Origin: Schmidtea polychroa
Lineage: Eukaryota
NCBI GenBank assembly: GCA_044892525.1
Contig: CM097885.1
Location: forward strand, 3,968,001 to 4,032,000
Direction: 5' to 3'
DNA length: 64,000 nt
Part shown: piece after piece, positions 23,946 through 35,689 of the stretch
How positions within the stretch are numbered: the stretch's first letter is position 1
Layout of the letters: each line of letters opens with the position of its first letter
Program-made: the position numbers and the translations under genes
Notes under the pieces: model-generated
Told to the model about the DNA's origin: nothing
The model's input: only the letters and a program-made list of their open reading frames with translations
The model's database searches: none

Positions 23946-24606
23946 TATTATTAAATTATAATTTGATAACAAAAAGTAAAATTTTAATGGAAAGTTAAAT
24001 AAATCCAAATTAAAAATAGATCAAAATATAATAGAAATAACTTTATTTATCTATCCTCATCACTTATAGTCGCCGATTCTCGATTTTCCACTAATTATTA
24101 TCACTTATATCCTCCCCATAAATATTTTTTAAATTGCATTAAATATATTTTATTATTGTGATCATTTTTATGAATTTTTATGAAATTTATGAATTTATGA
24201 AATGATTTTAAATAAATACAATTAATATATATCCATGCCACTTCTCAGTATATTTTCATTGACCTTCCATAATCCAATAATGAATAATTCTAACACTTAT
24301 TTTAACCTTTTTGAATTTCATTAATCATTTATCACAGAATAATAAATAATTTCCTCACTTTAATGAAGATTCCTACCACCTGAGAATAATATTGTTAATT
24401 TTATCTCTGTGTTATTAAAATTATCTTTCGACTTTACACTTCTTTCCATTTTAGAATAAGATTTTTTATCAAAACCTTTGATAATTTGACTGATTCAATT
24501 TGATGGAATTATTGTTAATTTTATTTTGCATTTTTCTAATTATGAAATATATAAAATTGCCAAGAATAGAGCATATACACGATATAAAAATTATTTATAT
24601 GATTAG

Positions 24607-25330
24607 TAGGGTTGCCAGGTGAAACCTTAAAGAACACCGGACAAAATTTTAATATAAACCTTAGGCTATGCTGCAATGTAGCTTTTAGGTGTTTTTTTAT
24701 TTTTAGAAAATATTTCTTTGACATTTTGTCATGTATAAGTGATATGAAAGCAGATACAAAGTTCGCTTTTTACTAAATTCAACGACATCCGATTACGTTC
24801 TTTAGTCCATAGATTGCCCATCACACTAAAAATTCTTTCAACTGTCGCATTCGAAACGGAATCGAATAGAGAAACTGAGCTATTTTCAATAAATTTGGTG
24901 CTGACTCTTTGAATGAAATAGTTCCCCTTTTCAAGTTAAGATGTTCTTTCAAGCGTCTCCATTAGTTTGGTGGAACTTCATCCTTCAATGGCGACAACAT
25001 CCAAAATTTCATCCAGGCTTACAGAAATGTTACCGTCTGCAAGGCTCAGCTTGAAGGTGCATATTAGGAGAATTCTGGAAATAAACTCGTCTTTATAAAT
25101 GTTTCAATGCTCTTGCTTCTTTATTAAATTTATTCACCTGACAGGGATCTAAATAGTTTTTATCATGGCAAATTTTACTTCCATGCCACAAATTCGGTGT
25201 CCATGTTATTTTTCATTGATTCTCGAAATTTGACCGTTATTAAATAAAGATCACATGCCAGAGTTGTACGAGTTTCTTGAATAAGTAGAGCTTCTTTGAA
25301 AAGAAGACATAAATTTCCTTGACCAGATAT
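24607..25330 (-). mobile_element. hAT (Blackjack-like) transposase C-terminal remnant with TIR
   Basis: TAGGGTTGCCAG terminus at 24607. The minus strand gives PNLLKIAQFLYSIP.SNATVERIFSVMGNLWTKERNRMSLNLVKSEL (hAT dimerisation motif, frameshifted). Confidence 0.8.
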
Positions 25331-26612
25331 CATTGTCCATATTGGTCCTGGACATTCATCTTCGCCTAGAGCTGAAATGTAATAATCAGCAATGACACAA
25401 ATATAATTGCATATTACTTATTCCGTAGGCTAGAAACGTTAATATTAGGAAAGGGAGAATATTTAGCTAAGCATTACCTATGGTGTTACCCTGTGAATGA
25501 ATATGAATTAATAACGAGTTGAGGGGATTTGATTTTATTCTTTCTAGCTTCTCAATGTGAAGGTGCGGAAACCTGTACACAGACAACATCCTACACTGAC
25601 ATATCGGATGGCATGCATGAAAGGAGCTGTACAACACGGCTGTTTACTCAGAACGGATAGCGAGAAATGCGTCCCAGACTGAGGGCATTTGTGTAATGTT
25701 TATGAGGGCAATGGAGGCGATTAGATTGGCTTTTCCGCAACCAGCATGAGCATTGGCACGCGGTCTGACCAAGCTTTCAATGGCTCCTCTACATGGCTGA
25801 GATGGATCTGTAAAGCATTAGATACGCCAATGGCATAATGGTAAATTATTATTCATTCCCATTGGTGAGTGAAGGAATAAATAAGTTCCTTCCTATGGTA
25901 AGGACATCAGAATAATCAATAGTGGCCATCAAAGTAATTTCGTCACCTCTCAGGCAGCTGACACGTTTCATCCATATAAAATATCACCTTTGTCAGTGGA
26001 TTAATCGAGGTTCCCTTCATTGAGATTGCGCACTTCCTGCACCGGTTTGCAGGTCCCATAATTGGTTCTGGCGTTCCATTTGCTGATAACTGCAATATCA
26101 TATTGGTATTAGCACTCTATAATTATTGATTTATTTGGTTAATGTCTCAAATTATATAACAAATTAAACTAAAAATGTTTCTGAAGGTGAGAGAAAAATA
26201 ATTGAACACACCAACACAAAACACATAATGAAAAATGCATGCAAATTTATTATAACCTTTTTTGTTCCGAAATAAATAACCGTTAACATATTGTTAACAT
26301 ATTGTTAAAATATAATTATTTCGAAATTATTAAATCATTTTGTAGGAAAATAGTTTTAATTTAGAATCCGACAGCTCTACCTTGAGCTTCAGAGAAAAAG
26401 AAGAAAATACATCGTAAAATTCAATTATAAAATTGATTAGAATATAAACTCTTTAGATTTACAGATATTTCTCAGGATACATTGCCTTTTCGCGGAGGTG
26501 GAAATCTGACAATTTAAGATTTATTCATTAAATTACAAAATATATATTTAATTTAATTATTAAAGGTGCTAGAAGGGTACGTAAGAGACCTTCAACAATA
26601 CTTGCCTCTCAG

Positions 26613-27440
26613 ATGCAAAAGCGATTCAAATCCAAAGCCGTATCTAATGAACGGGTGCAAGTTCCCGTCAATGTGTCAGAAGGATCGATGTCCCAGCTGT
26701 GTCCTCCTCAGCAACTCTCGTTGGTATCTTCATTTAATGAAGCCGCTACTCACCTTGACAAAATGCGACCAGTGGAAGTTAGTGAACTGGTTACTAAAAT
26801 TAATTCAGATTCTAATGCCAACTTGGGAACTATCACAAATGATTGCAACTCTAACATTTTCCACAAAAGATATTACATCTGGAGTTTCAATATCGGCGTA
26901 TCATACTTTAGAGATCATGAGTCAACACTTAGAGGACTATGGGAAGATACAAAGAGTACAAAATTCTTTATCTGCCAGGAGGAACTGGGTGAAAATGTCT
27001 TGAGACATCTTCAGTGCATGCTCCAGACATGCAGAAATAACACGATCTCGGCAATCAGATCAGCATACAAAATACCTTTCGTTAAAGGGCATTCGGCTGG
27101 CAAGAGGAATACCGTACTCGCTTATGCCACGAAATTGGAGACGAGGATCCCCGGATGAATTCAGATCAGCTATGGAACTCCGAGTACGAAATATGATGAA
27201 AATCATTTTAAAACTGCTCTAAATTCACAAAATTTAAATGATCAACATAAATAATTAAAGAGGAAGAGCCATTCCATTTTTTAACCAAACGCAAAGTTAT
27301 CATTGAAAGTTTGATGTCCGAATTTGGTAAAAATACTGATGCCAATATTACAGAATTTATTATTCCAAAAGTAATAAACGTGAATGAAATGCGTAGTCAT
27401 ATATTTCTGGGTCCAACAGGCATTGGAAATACTTGGATCC
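26613..27440 (+). pseudogene. Endogenous CRESS-DNA-virus-type Rep (HUH endonuclease plus SF3 helicase Walker A)
   Basis: Motif I-like WSFN, motif II EELGENVLRHLQCM and motif III AYATKLETRIPG. After a TGA and a frameshift comes HIFLGPTGIGNTW (Walker A with K changed to N). Confidence 0.75.
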
Positions 27441-28560
27441 GTTCAGTTTTTCGAAATGTTTTTCGAATGTTCCTTCATGTTTCCTCGGCTCGATTGAATA
27501 ACCCTCGATATCTTCCACGAAATTAACTAGATCTTTCCCTAGAATTTTCTTTCGACCTTCACAAGTTCCATCGGGTCCAATAGTTCCCCTTCGAGTAATA
27601 GGTACTCCTACGGTCTTGCCAACTTGGCTTTAAGTGATGCTTCATTATCAATTCGTAAGGTTCTTGGTCGGAACGCATCCTGGATATCCTCGTGTTGTAT
27701 CGGTATAGGCCGCCTGGATATTAATGTGGCTGACAGAAAGCTGAATAGCGGTGATTTCCACAATAATACTCAAACGCAGTTCTCTGCACTCTGCATTACT
27801 TTAAAGTGGTTCTATAAAATTCACTTTCTTGGTAGACATAATAGATAGCATTTTCTCCTAAATGTACACTCTCTGGATACGCTTCCTTGCACTCAATTGC
27901 ATCAACTGATGAGCATATTCGAGTTACCTTTTGGGTCATGACAATCAAACGCTGTCAATGAGCCAGTTTGTGTAAATATCCCCATCATTACTAGGAACAT
28001 TAGGATTATGCTTGTCATATTTCTCGTTCCTGCATTTCCGATATTCAATACCTTCCACGAATTCATAACGCGGTTTTGGATGAATTACATAATCCCAAAA
28101 CTTATTTTCCGTCATCCAGACCTCGAGGTAACAGTCCACTAATTCGACCATTTGATCTATTTCTCGATTGGTGAGCCTTTAATCATCTTCGTCTCGGGCT
28201 AAGGCATTTAGAATCATCATCGATACTGATGTCAATACCTACCCTTTTGTTAATCCTTGCTGCACGAATGCCTCTATCGCATCTTGAATTTTTGCGGCTG
28301 GAGTATTTTTTGGTAATTTATCCATTCTTTTTCTGATTGATGCGGATATTTTATGAACTGCAATTTCCTTTATCTTCGGGATTTTCCATTCCGGCTTAAT
28401 GTTTCCGATTATTTGCTGTAACATATTGCCATAACAACAACATAAAATTTTTCTGCTACCGTTTCATCCCTTGCCTGCTGATCTACCTCTTATCTATCCC
28501 TGTTAAGGTTTTCATTTGATCTTTTCTGGGACGCCTCGCCAACCTTTCTTTGGTTTCACG
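27440..28560 (-). mobile_element. Degenerate non-LTR retrotransposon segment
   Basis: Paralogous to 40370-41220, which runs directly into the RT motifs. Confidence 0.7.
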
Positions 28561-29640
28561 GGAGGTTTTACTGGCCCCGGGTTTTTATTGCTTGTGACGC
28601 GGTTGGGCAAATTGATATAAACCGAAGTTATTCAGTTGATAGAAAAGTGATATAAAATTGTTGGAATTCGAGAATTGAATGGCTGTCAAGGATTTGAATG
28701 AAACTGAGAGGATTTGCCTGACATTGCAGGAGGAATCTGCGGAACATTGTAAAGCAATTCAGAATTTAACGGATCAAGTTGGTCATGATCGCGATGTCAA
28801 TGATTACATGGATCAGAAACTCATCGAGATAAAGGCAGGGTATAAGAATCAATAAATCCTGAAGGTGTGGAGATTTAGAAGCGATTTGAGGAAGCAAGTC
28901 AATTCTATGAAGCTGATATTGATTGGAAGCAAGATTGTGCTGACATTCGGCTGCACAGCTTCCAGGAAAGTCATGATTTTAGAGAATCAGTAATGAAAAG
29001 GGAAAAGCGGCATTCTGTGAAGGAGAAAAAGAAAATAGTAAACCATTTGAAGCTGGCCTAGAAAAGCGCAAGAGAGAACTGATGAAACATTTTACCAAAG
29101 AACTTGCAGTGATCGATGAAAACTTTAAATTTTGATTGTGTTATTGATGTTACTTTGTTAATCATTAATTCATGTTTTTATTTTTGTTGTTTTATCATTT
29201 GCTGAAGCCTTTTTTTATTTTATTCACTCAGATTTATTTACAATCTTTTTAATTAGAAATTGTATATAAAATGTTTATTTAGGGGGTTAATAGCGAGTAA
29301 TTTAATGAGATCATGATGTAAATGGTTTAGAAACAAAAACGTGCTGCTATCTAATCATAATTTCTAGTCAAAGTTTGTATAAAAGAAAAGCTGGTAAACA
29401 AACAAATATATTAATAGTTTTATATATAAAATTCTTAATTTTTGATTTTAAATATATCATTAATAAACTACTGATAAATTGTCAATATTATATCTTGATT
29501 TTATTATATAAGATTTTATATTGGCAAATAAGCATTAAGAGTTAGGAATGAGAGACGTACACAACAACAATAAGATAACGATTGAATATCGTAATTATAA
29601 ATACAAAGTTATAAGTAGTAATTTAACACCGCACTACAGT
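28560..29640 (+). repeat. Duplicated segment with a decayed coiled-coil-like ORF (other copy 41220-42295)
   Basis: Near-identical sequence; LQEESAEHCKAIQ.LTDQVGHDRDVN.YMDQKLIEIKAG...FEAGLEKRKRELMKHFTKELAVIDENFKF with stops. Confidence 0.75.
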
Positions 29641-29774
29641 GATATTTGATTTCAGAGAGTTAAATTTACTCTAGAAACGCTCTAAAAGTAACATTGCTAC
29701 CATTTTGTTGTGTTGTGTAATAATAAAAATAATAATAATAATTATATCAGATGAAAGAGGAGAATGGTAATAAT

Positions 29775-31090
29775 TATTACTATTACAGGTTTATTCATTT
29801 TTATAATTACTTTATTCATTTTTATATCGATATTTATTAATTTTCATATCAGCATAAATAAATTTATTAACAACAAAAGCAATTTTATAATACTTTTAAT
29901 TCTAAAATGTCCCACAAGTTTCAAACATTTAAATAGAGTTTAACACGATAAAACACTTGATTTAAATCAGCAAACTCAAAATCTTTACATTCAAAACAGC
30001 AAATATATTAAATAAATGGCTGTTTTTGCCTAGCTAGCTCCAACCATCTTTTCATGTTACGAAAAATTCCTAGACATTTTAGAAAAACCCCATTTTCTCC
30101 TTGCATAACATCATTAATCAATTGGCTAACACTCGCATCAGAATTTAGCAATATTAAGCTTTTAAACCTTGCAATTACCATCGAAAAAAACTCTTCAATC
30201 GGGTTTATTTCAGGTGAATATGGCACTAAATATTTGTATCTGATTTCGTTAAGATTTCTGAAGTTTTATGAAATCTTGCATTGTTCATTATTAAAACATT
30301 GTTTGGATTACGAGTGAAATATGGAACAAGATCATTTAAAATAAATTCTTTAAATGAGGTAGAATTATACGCGCCCACCTTAGATTCGTAACATATTAAA
30401 CCATCAATTCGAATTGCACAAATTATACTATTGTTTATTCCCTTATTTGCTGGTATGCTGATATAAGGTTTCTGATTTACTGGTGAATATCCATACCTTC
30501 TTTGAGTGTGTAAACTAAATCTAGTTTCATCAAGGAAAATCATATTGCCATCAGAAATTCTGGAAACTTCGTTTGCATATATTGCTCTTGCATTAATATT
30601 AGCTAAAGAGTTACGTTCAATCGGAATTAGGAGAAGCCTTTTTCTTGTTCATGATTGTTTTTTAAGTTTTCTAGACACTCTAGACTTAGAAATTTGAATG
30701 CTACAATTTTCATTGACTGCTTGTATTTATTCTCGTTGGTTAATTGCATTGTTACATGATATTTTATTAAATATAACGTGCTCAATTTCAGTATTTATAG
30801 AATTACGAATCCTACATGAGTTCTTTCTTTTTTCTCCAACCTCTTCAAATTTTACTCCGTTTTCCTTGCTTATTAATATTTTGTGTAACTGCAATATTTC
30901 AGAAAATGTTTTTATTGTACAATTTTTATCTTCGGCCATTTTTAACACAATTTTGTAAATTTCTCTTGTAATGTTTTTTTTCTCTTTGCGAGAGATTTAA
31001 AAATATATTTCAATATAAAAATTAATAAATGTCGATATAAAATGAATAGATGTAAATATAAAAATCAATAACCATGTAATCTAATATAAT
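29775..31090 (-). mobile_element. Tc1/IS630-like DNA transposon (frameshifted)
   Basis: IFLDET, LIM(D>N)NARFHK and PYSPEINPIEEFFS. AT-rich inverted repeats at ~29775-29855 and ~31012-31090. Confidence 0.85.
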
Positions 31091-32359
31091 AAAACAATAA
31101 TAAGGCTAGTTTCGGGTGCAAATTTTACAGATCAGACGTTAATCGGTTCAGTCGTATTTTATATACAGATAACCGACCATAGTTAAATAAATACATGACT
31201 CAAAGGCAGAACTGAGCCAGGGGGCCACCTTGCAGTTTGCAGAGCATCCGTGGCTCATTTTAATGAGATTCATGGCTGGTCTGATCAAAATTCGGAGTTA
31301 ATTACTAGGTAGAATGGATCTATAGAATTGGAGGCGTTTCAGTAGGCCATGCTTGTTATGACAAATCAAGATGAAAAGGCTAAAAGAGACGTCCAAATTT
31401 ATTACTGGGTTAGATAAGTGGTGAAAACTGAGCCCGAAATGACATAATCATGAGATATAGGAAAAACATCTAGGTTGCCTTGAAAAATGGAAAACATTGG
31501 CAGCAAAACTTAGATGACACAAAACTATTGATGGTGAAAGTATTGCTATTATGGTCAGGGAGAAGAAAAAGTGGAGGGATATCTTGCACAGATCACATTG
31601 TTATTTGCAAAGCAAAATGTGATCCTAGTGAAAATATGAAAAAAATCGTGTATGTTTATTATAAGAGAAATTCTTAGAGCCCAGCAGAGTCTCCCTTAAA
31701 ACTTGTTTTGGCACTGATGACTATATGTTACGTGTATTACTGTAGTAGCAAGCAAATGTGTAAATTGTTTAAATAAACAAAGAATTAAATATTATGAAAT
31801 TTATTTACACAACAATAATAATACCAACCTTGAGTTTCTGGGGATTTCCTTTTTAAATTGAATTGTAATAATTTTTTTACTAAAAGGAAATCTAGATAAT
31901 TACGCGACCAAATTAAAATAATATTTTTTGATTGTGATAATGAAAGATATTAGATATCGGATGGCATATTTTTTGTACAAATGTATATTATAATTATTGT
32001 TCGATATTATACGGAATGATTTGTTGAGTAATAAAGGATAATTTAATTTATAGTGGGGTAGGGTCCGAGATGGAACTTCTTTCTGCTATCACTTATAATT
32101 GATATACGATCAGGAACAGTTTATATTATTATAGAATAGAATTGAAACTGAATCTGTTTTCCTTTTATAATAACCGAATATATTATTTTCCAAAAGTTTC
32201 TAGTCTTAAATTTTTGAAATGATTTTTTAAATTTGTAATTTTTCTATAGTGATAATTTACTATAATAGATTATCACTATATAGTTTTGTTATTTATTAAA
32301 TATATTGTACAGAGAAAATCAACAATATAGTAAGGATCTTTATTACAATTTCGATTAAA

Positions 32360-32400
32360 AAAATAATATAACGTTGTACTACATAACTTCCCCCTTCAAA
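32360..32400 (-). mobile_element. Possible polypurine tract / 3' LTR junction
   Basis: The minus strand has GAAGGGGGAAG followed within 3 nt by TGTAGTACAAC. The other LTR end was not found. Confidence 0.35.
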
Positions 32401-34066
32401 ACCGAAGGTTAACAATTGAACCAAAATTTACAAATTTAGTGATAATTGCTGTTGGTGATCTCATCGGTCTCCAGTTTTTCATCTTGATGATATTTTTCCT
32501 ATCTATATCTTCTGGATCTTCCACATATATTTCACCTTTTACTTCATAAAATATCGCGCTGTATTAAAGTTGCAATCTACATTTTTGCATTTCTCCTCAT
32601 ATATAATAGTGGACTGTTTTGTTCGAGATACTTTATTGGTGGCTTTGAAATACGATTTGGTTTTCATTTGATAATTTGCTGCGTCGAATTTTGCTTCGTA
32701 TTCTTTTATCTCTACTGAATAGGTGTCGATAACTATTACTCTGGATACGGAGTCTTCTCGTAGGGGGTAGGTTCCTCCTTGACATGCTTTTTTTGCTGAG
32801 TTAATTCTTCTACAGTTCGTTTGTTATCATTTGCAAAAAAAACATAGATTTTTCTCCCAACTCGCAACTTACCTTTAGAAATGGAGCTTACTTGCTTATT
32901 GATTTTCAAAGACTGTGCACATTCCCAACAAGGAGGTTGGCATGGGTATATTGATGGTAAAAAAATCAAATTTTCATAAATGCCTTTAAGTAAATCTATC
33001 AGCGACACTAGGACATTTTAACAACACAACGAACGAATCTGAGGTTCCAAAAAAATTTCTTATAACTTATATTTAAGATCCTGGTTGTCTTATTTTCTAT
33101 TTTTTTTAAAGCTTAAGGATATCAAGATAAATTTGGTAAGTAAAATTCATTCATTAAATTTATCAAATTTGTGAATTTAATTATTAATTAAATATTAATT
33201 ATTAATTTACATGAAATGTTTTTTGTTTTAATAATATTGTATTTGAACATTTAGCTAATGAAAAAGTGAATAAATTTATGAAATGTTACATTATTTAATG
33301 TGAAATCATTTCATTAGCTGTTAAAAAGATCTCATTACAAATGCAAATATTATTATCATTATTATATTAGCAATAATATTATTAGCAAATCGGACACGAG
33401 ACCTTTAATTGATCCAAATTTCATGAAAGATGCAAAGCAAAAATTAATTAAAGCAAATCATTTATTGATTAAAAGAATGCGTAACAGAATTTGATAGAGT
33501 TTAGAAAGCACCGATTGCCCTCATCGCATCGACAGATCTCATTTTGGTAAACTTACCCAAACTGATGTGAAAGCAATTTGGACCATTTTATCAGTATTGT
33601 TGTTGCGGATTGCATTGAAATGCCTCACAAATAGCCGGCGGAAGTGAAATGTTAAGGCATTAATATTTTTGATTTAAGGCAATTTTAGTATTGCATTTAG
33701 GTGCATTTTACTGCCATTCAATACAGCAATAATTTCTCCACAACTCATATAACATCAGCAGCAGCGATGTCGTTTTTCTCGTCGGTTCCATTCGTCATAG
33801 GAGCGCTTGATTTGTTGAGGCGATTTGTCAGCGCTTATATTCGGGTGGATTTTGATTGGATTATTTCTTTCACATTAATTATTAATTTAATTATAATAAA
33901 TATAATGATAATATCGGATGGAAGGCGCGGGGGGGAGAATGACAATGATTATCTTAATAATTATCTCATATAATAAATCAATAATAATAATAAGGCAAAT
34001 AATAAATCAGATCAAAAGCCAAAATAAATCAATTTTTTATTGCAATGTTTTTTAAATTTATAAGAA

Positions 34067-35515
34067 TTATGCAATTCTGCACCTGAGCAGCAATTTATCA
34101 TATTTGGCTGCTAATTGACGGATTGAGCGATCATTATCATAAATGCAAATCAGATTTATCGGACCCTCATCATAAATGCGAATTGGATCATTTCTGCTCT
34201 TTGACGGTTTCCTCCATCCGGCTGCATCAGGGCAATCTGAATATTTCATTGACTTGCTCCTATAAATGCTGCCATTTGCTGGATCGATCACATCGATTGT
34301 CACCGATTGATTGAACGGCCAATCCAATTGCTCATCATTTGCCCCACGCATCACACAGAAACCAACCTCAACCCCAAGACCCCCAATCTCCACCGCCAAA
34401 CACATTTTGTAACCGATTTGCCCGGAATAAAATGCCTCGCTGTAAATCCATTCATTTCTCTTTTGCTGTGAAAATTTATCGATTTCCCATTCAAAATATC
34501 CATAATTTATATATTTTTCACTTCCTAATTTTGTTTCAATCAGCCGGATTTCCTTGGCGCATTTCGCCATTTCAAGCTGCAACTGAATCTCAAATTCAAA
34601 TATTTCAATAAATCAATAAATCACTTTTTCATTCTCCCGTTGCAGCCGCTGCTCGCATTTCTCGTTAATCTCATCAATTTGCTGTTGACATTTTGATTCA
34701 ATCACCTCAATTTGCTCTCTGATCTGCTTTGCATCAATAACAAATCAATAACAAATCAAATCAATAATCAAACTTGATTGATTGATCCAATATTTGTCTC
34801 CATCTCCATTCTCAATGAGCGATTCTCATTCTTCACTGCCACCATTTCCTCATTCAATGCTTCTATTTCTGCTCTGTTCTCCGCCTCTTTCCTTTCAATA
34901 TTGCCCAGTTTCACCTACAATCACAAATATCAATTAAATTAATTACAAATAAAATTTTACATTGATATTAATAATTTCCTCACGCAATTTGGCATTCTCC
35001 TCTCTCATTGCCTGCATCTCATTGCACAAATTGCTGATCTGATCAATCAGTAATTTGCTATGACCTTCATTGTTCTCATTGAGATGTATTTTCATTTTGT
35101 CCTTCTCTACTTCATTCATTTCGCATCCAATTCTATTGAACGGGCATCTAATTGGCTGCTTGTTGCATGCCCTCATGTGGCTCTCCATCACCTCTAATTC
35201 ATCTTTGAATTGACAATTTTTCATTGGGCATTTCACTATCACTTCTGAAATCCGTAAATTGATCGCCTGATCTTCATAAACATCTTTAATAAAATTTATC
35301 ATTTTCTTTCCACAATGCTTTGCTGCTCCTGGACAGAATTTATCGTTTCCAACCAAATAATGCTCAATGCAATCAGAACAAAAGCGACAACCGCAAGGAG
35401 CATTGCAAGCCTTTATCATTAAACATTTGCAAATTCTGCATATCAATTCACTGCTGATTTCATTATCAAATTCAAATTTATTTCTCTTCATCATTTCCCA
35501 TACGCTTGCAAACAT
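34067..35515 (-). CDS. TRAF-like protein, copy 3
   Basis: Same four-exon structure with splice sites conserved. The MATH has a short internal duplication-like insertion (IRIYDEGPINLICIYD). Confidence 0.88.
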
Positions 35516-35689
35516 TTTATCTAAAATTAACAAAATTATCAAAATATTTCAACATTTTACAACATAAATCATAAATCATACTTATTATATTGATTATTTC
35601 CTCTGACGTTTACAATTTCAATATTTATAATTTGTATTTTGATGTAGATAAACAAAGATTTTATAAATATTCGGAATATTATTAATGTT

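Noticed and set aside
26613-27440. Alternative genetic code (TGA=Trp) to explain the Rep stop
   Set aside because: The same region also has a frameshift and a mutated Walker A lysine, so simple decay explains it. The intact TRAF frames need no recoding.
27905-27930. CTGATGAG as a hammerhead core (also ~40666)
   Set aside because: No downstream GAAA or helix III.
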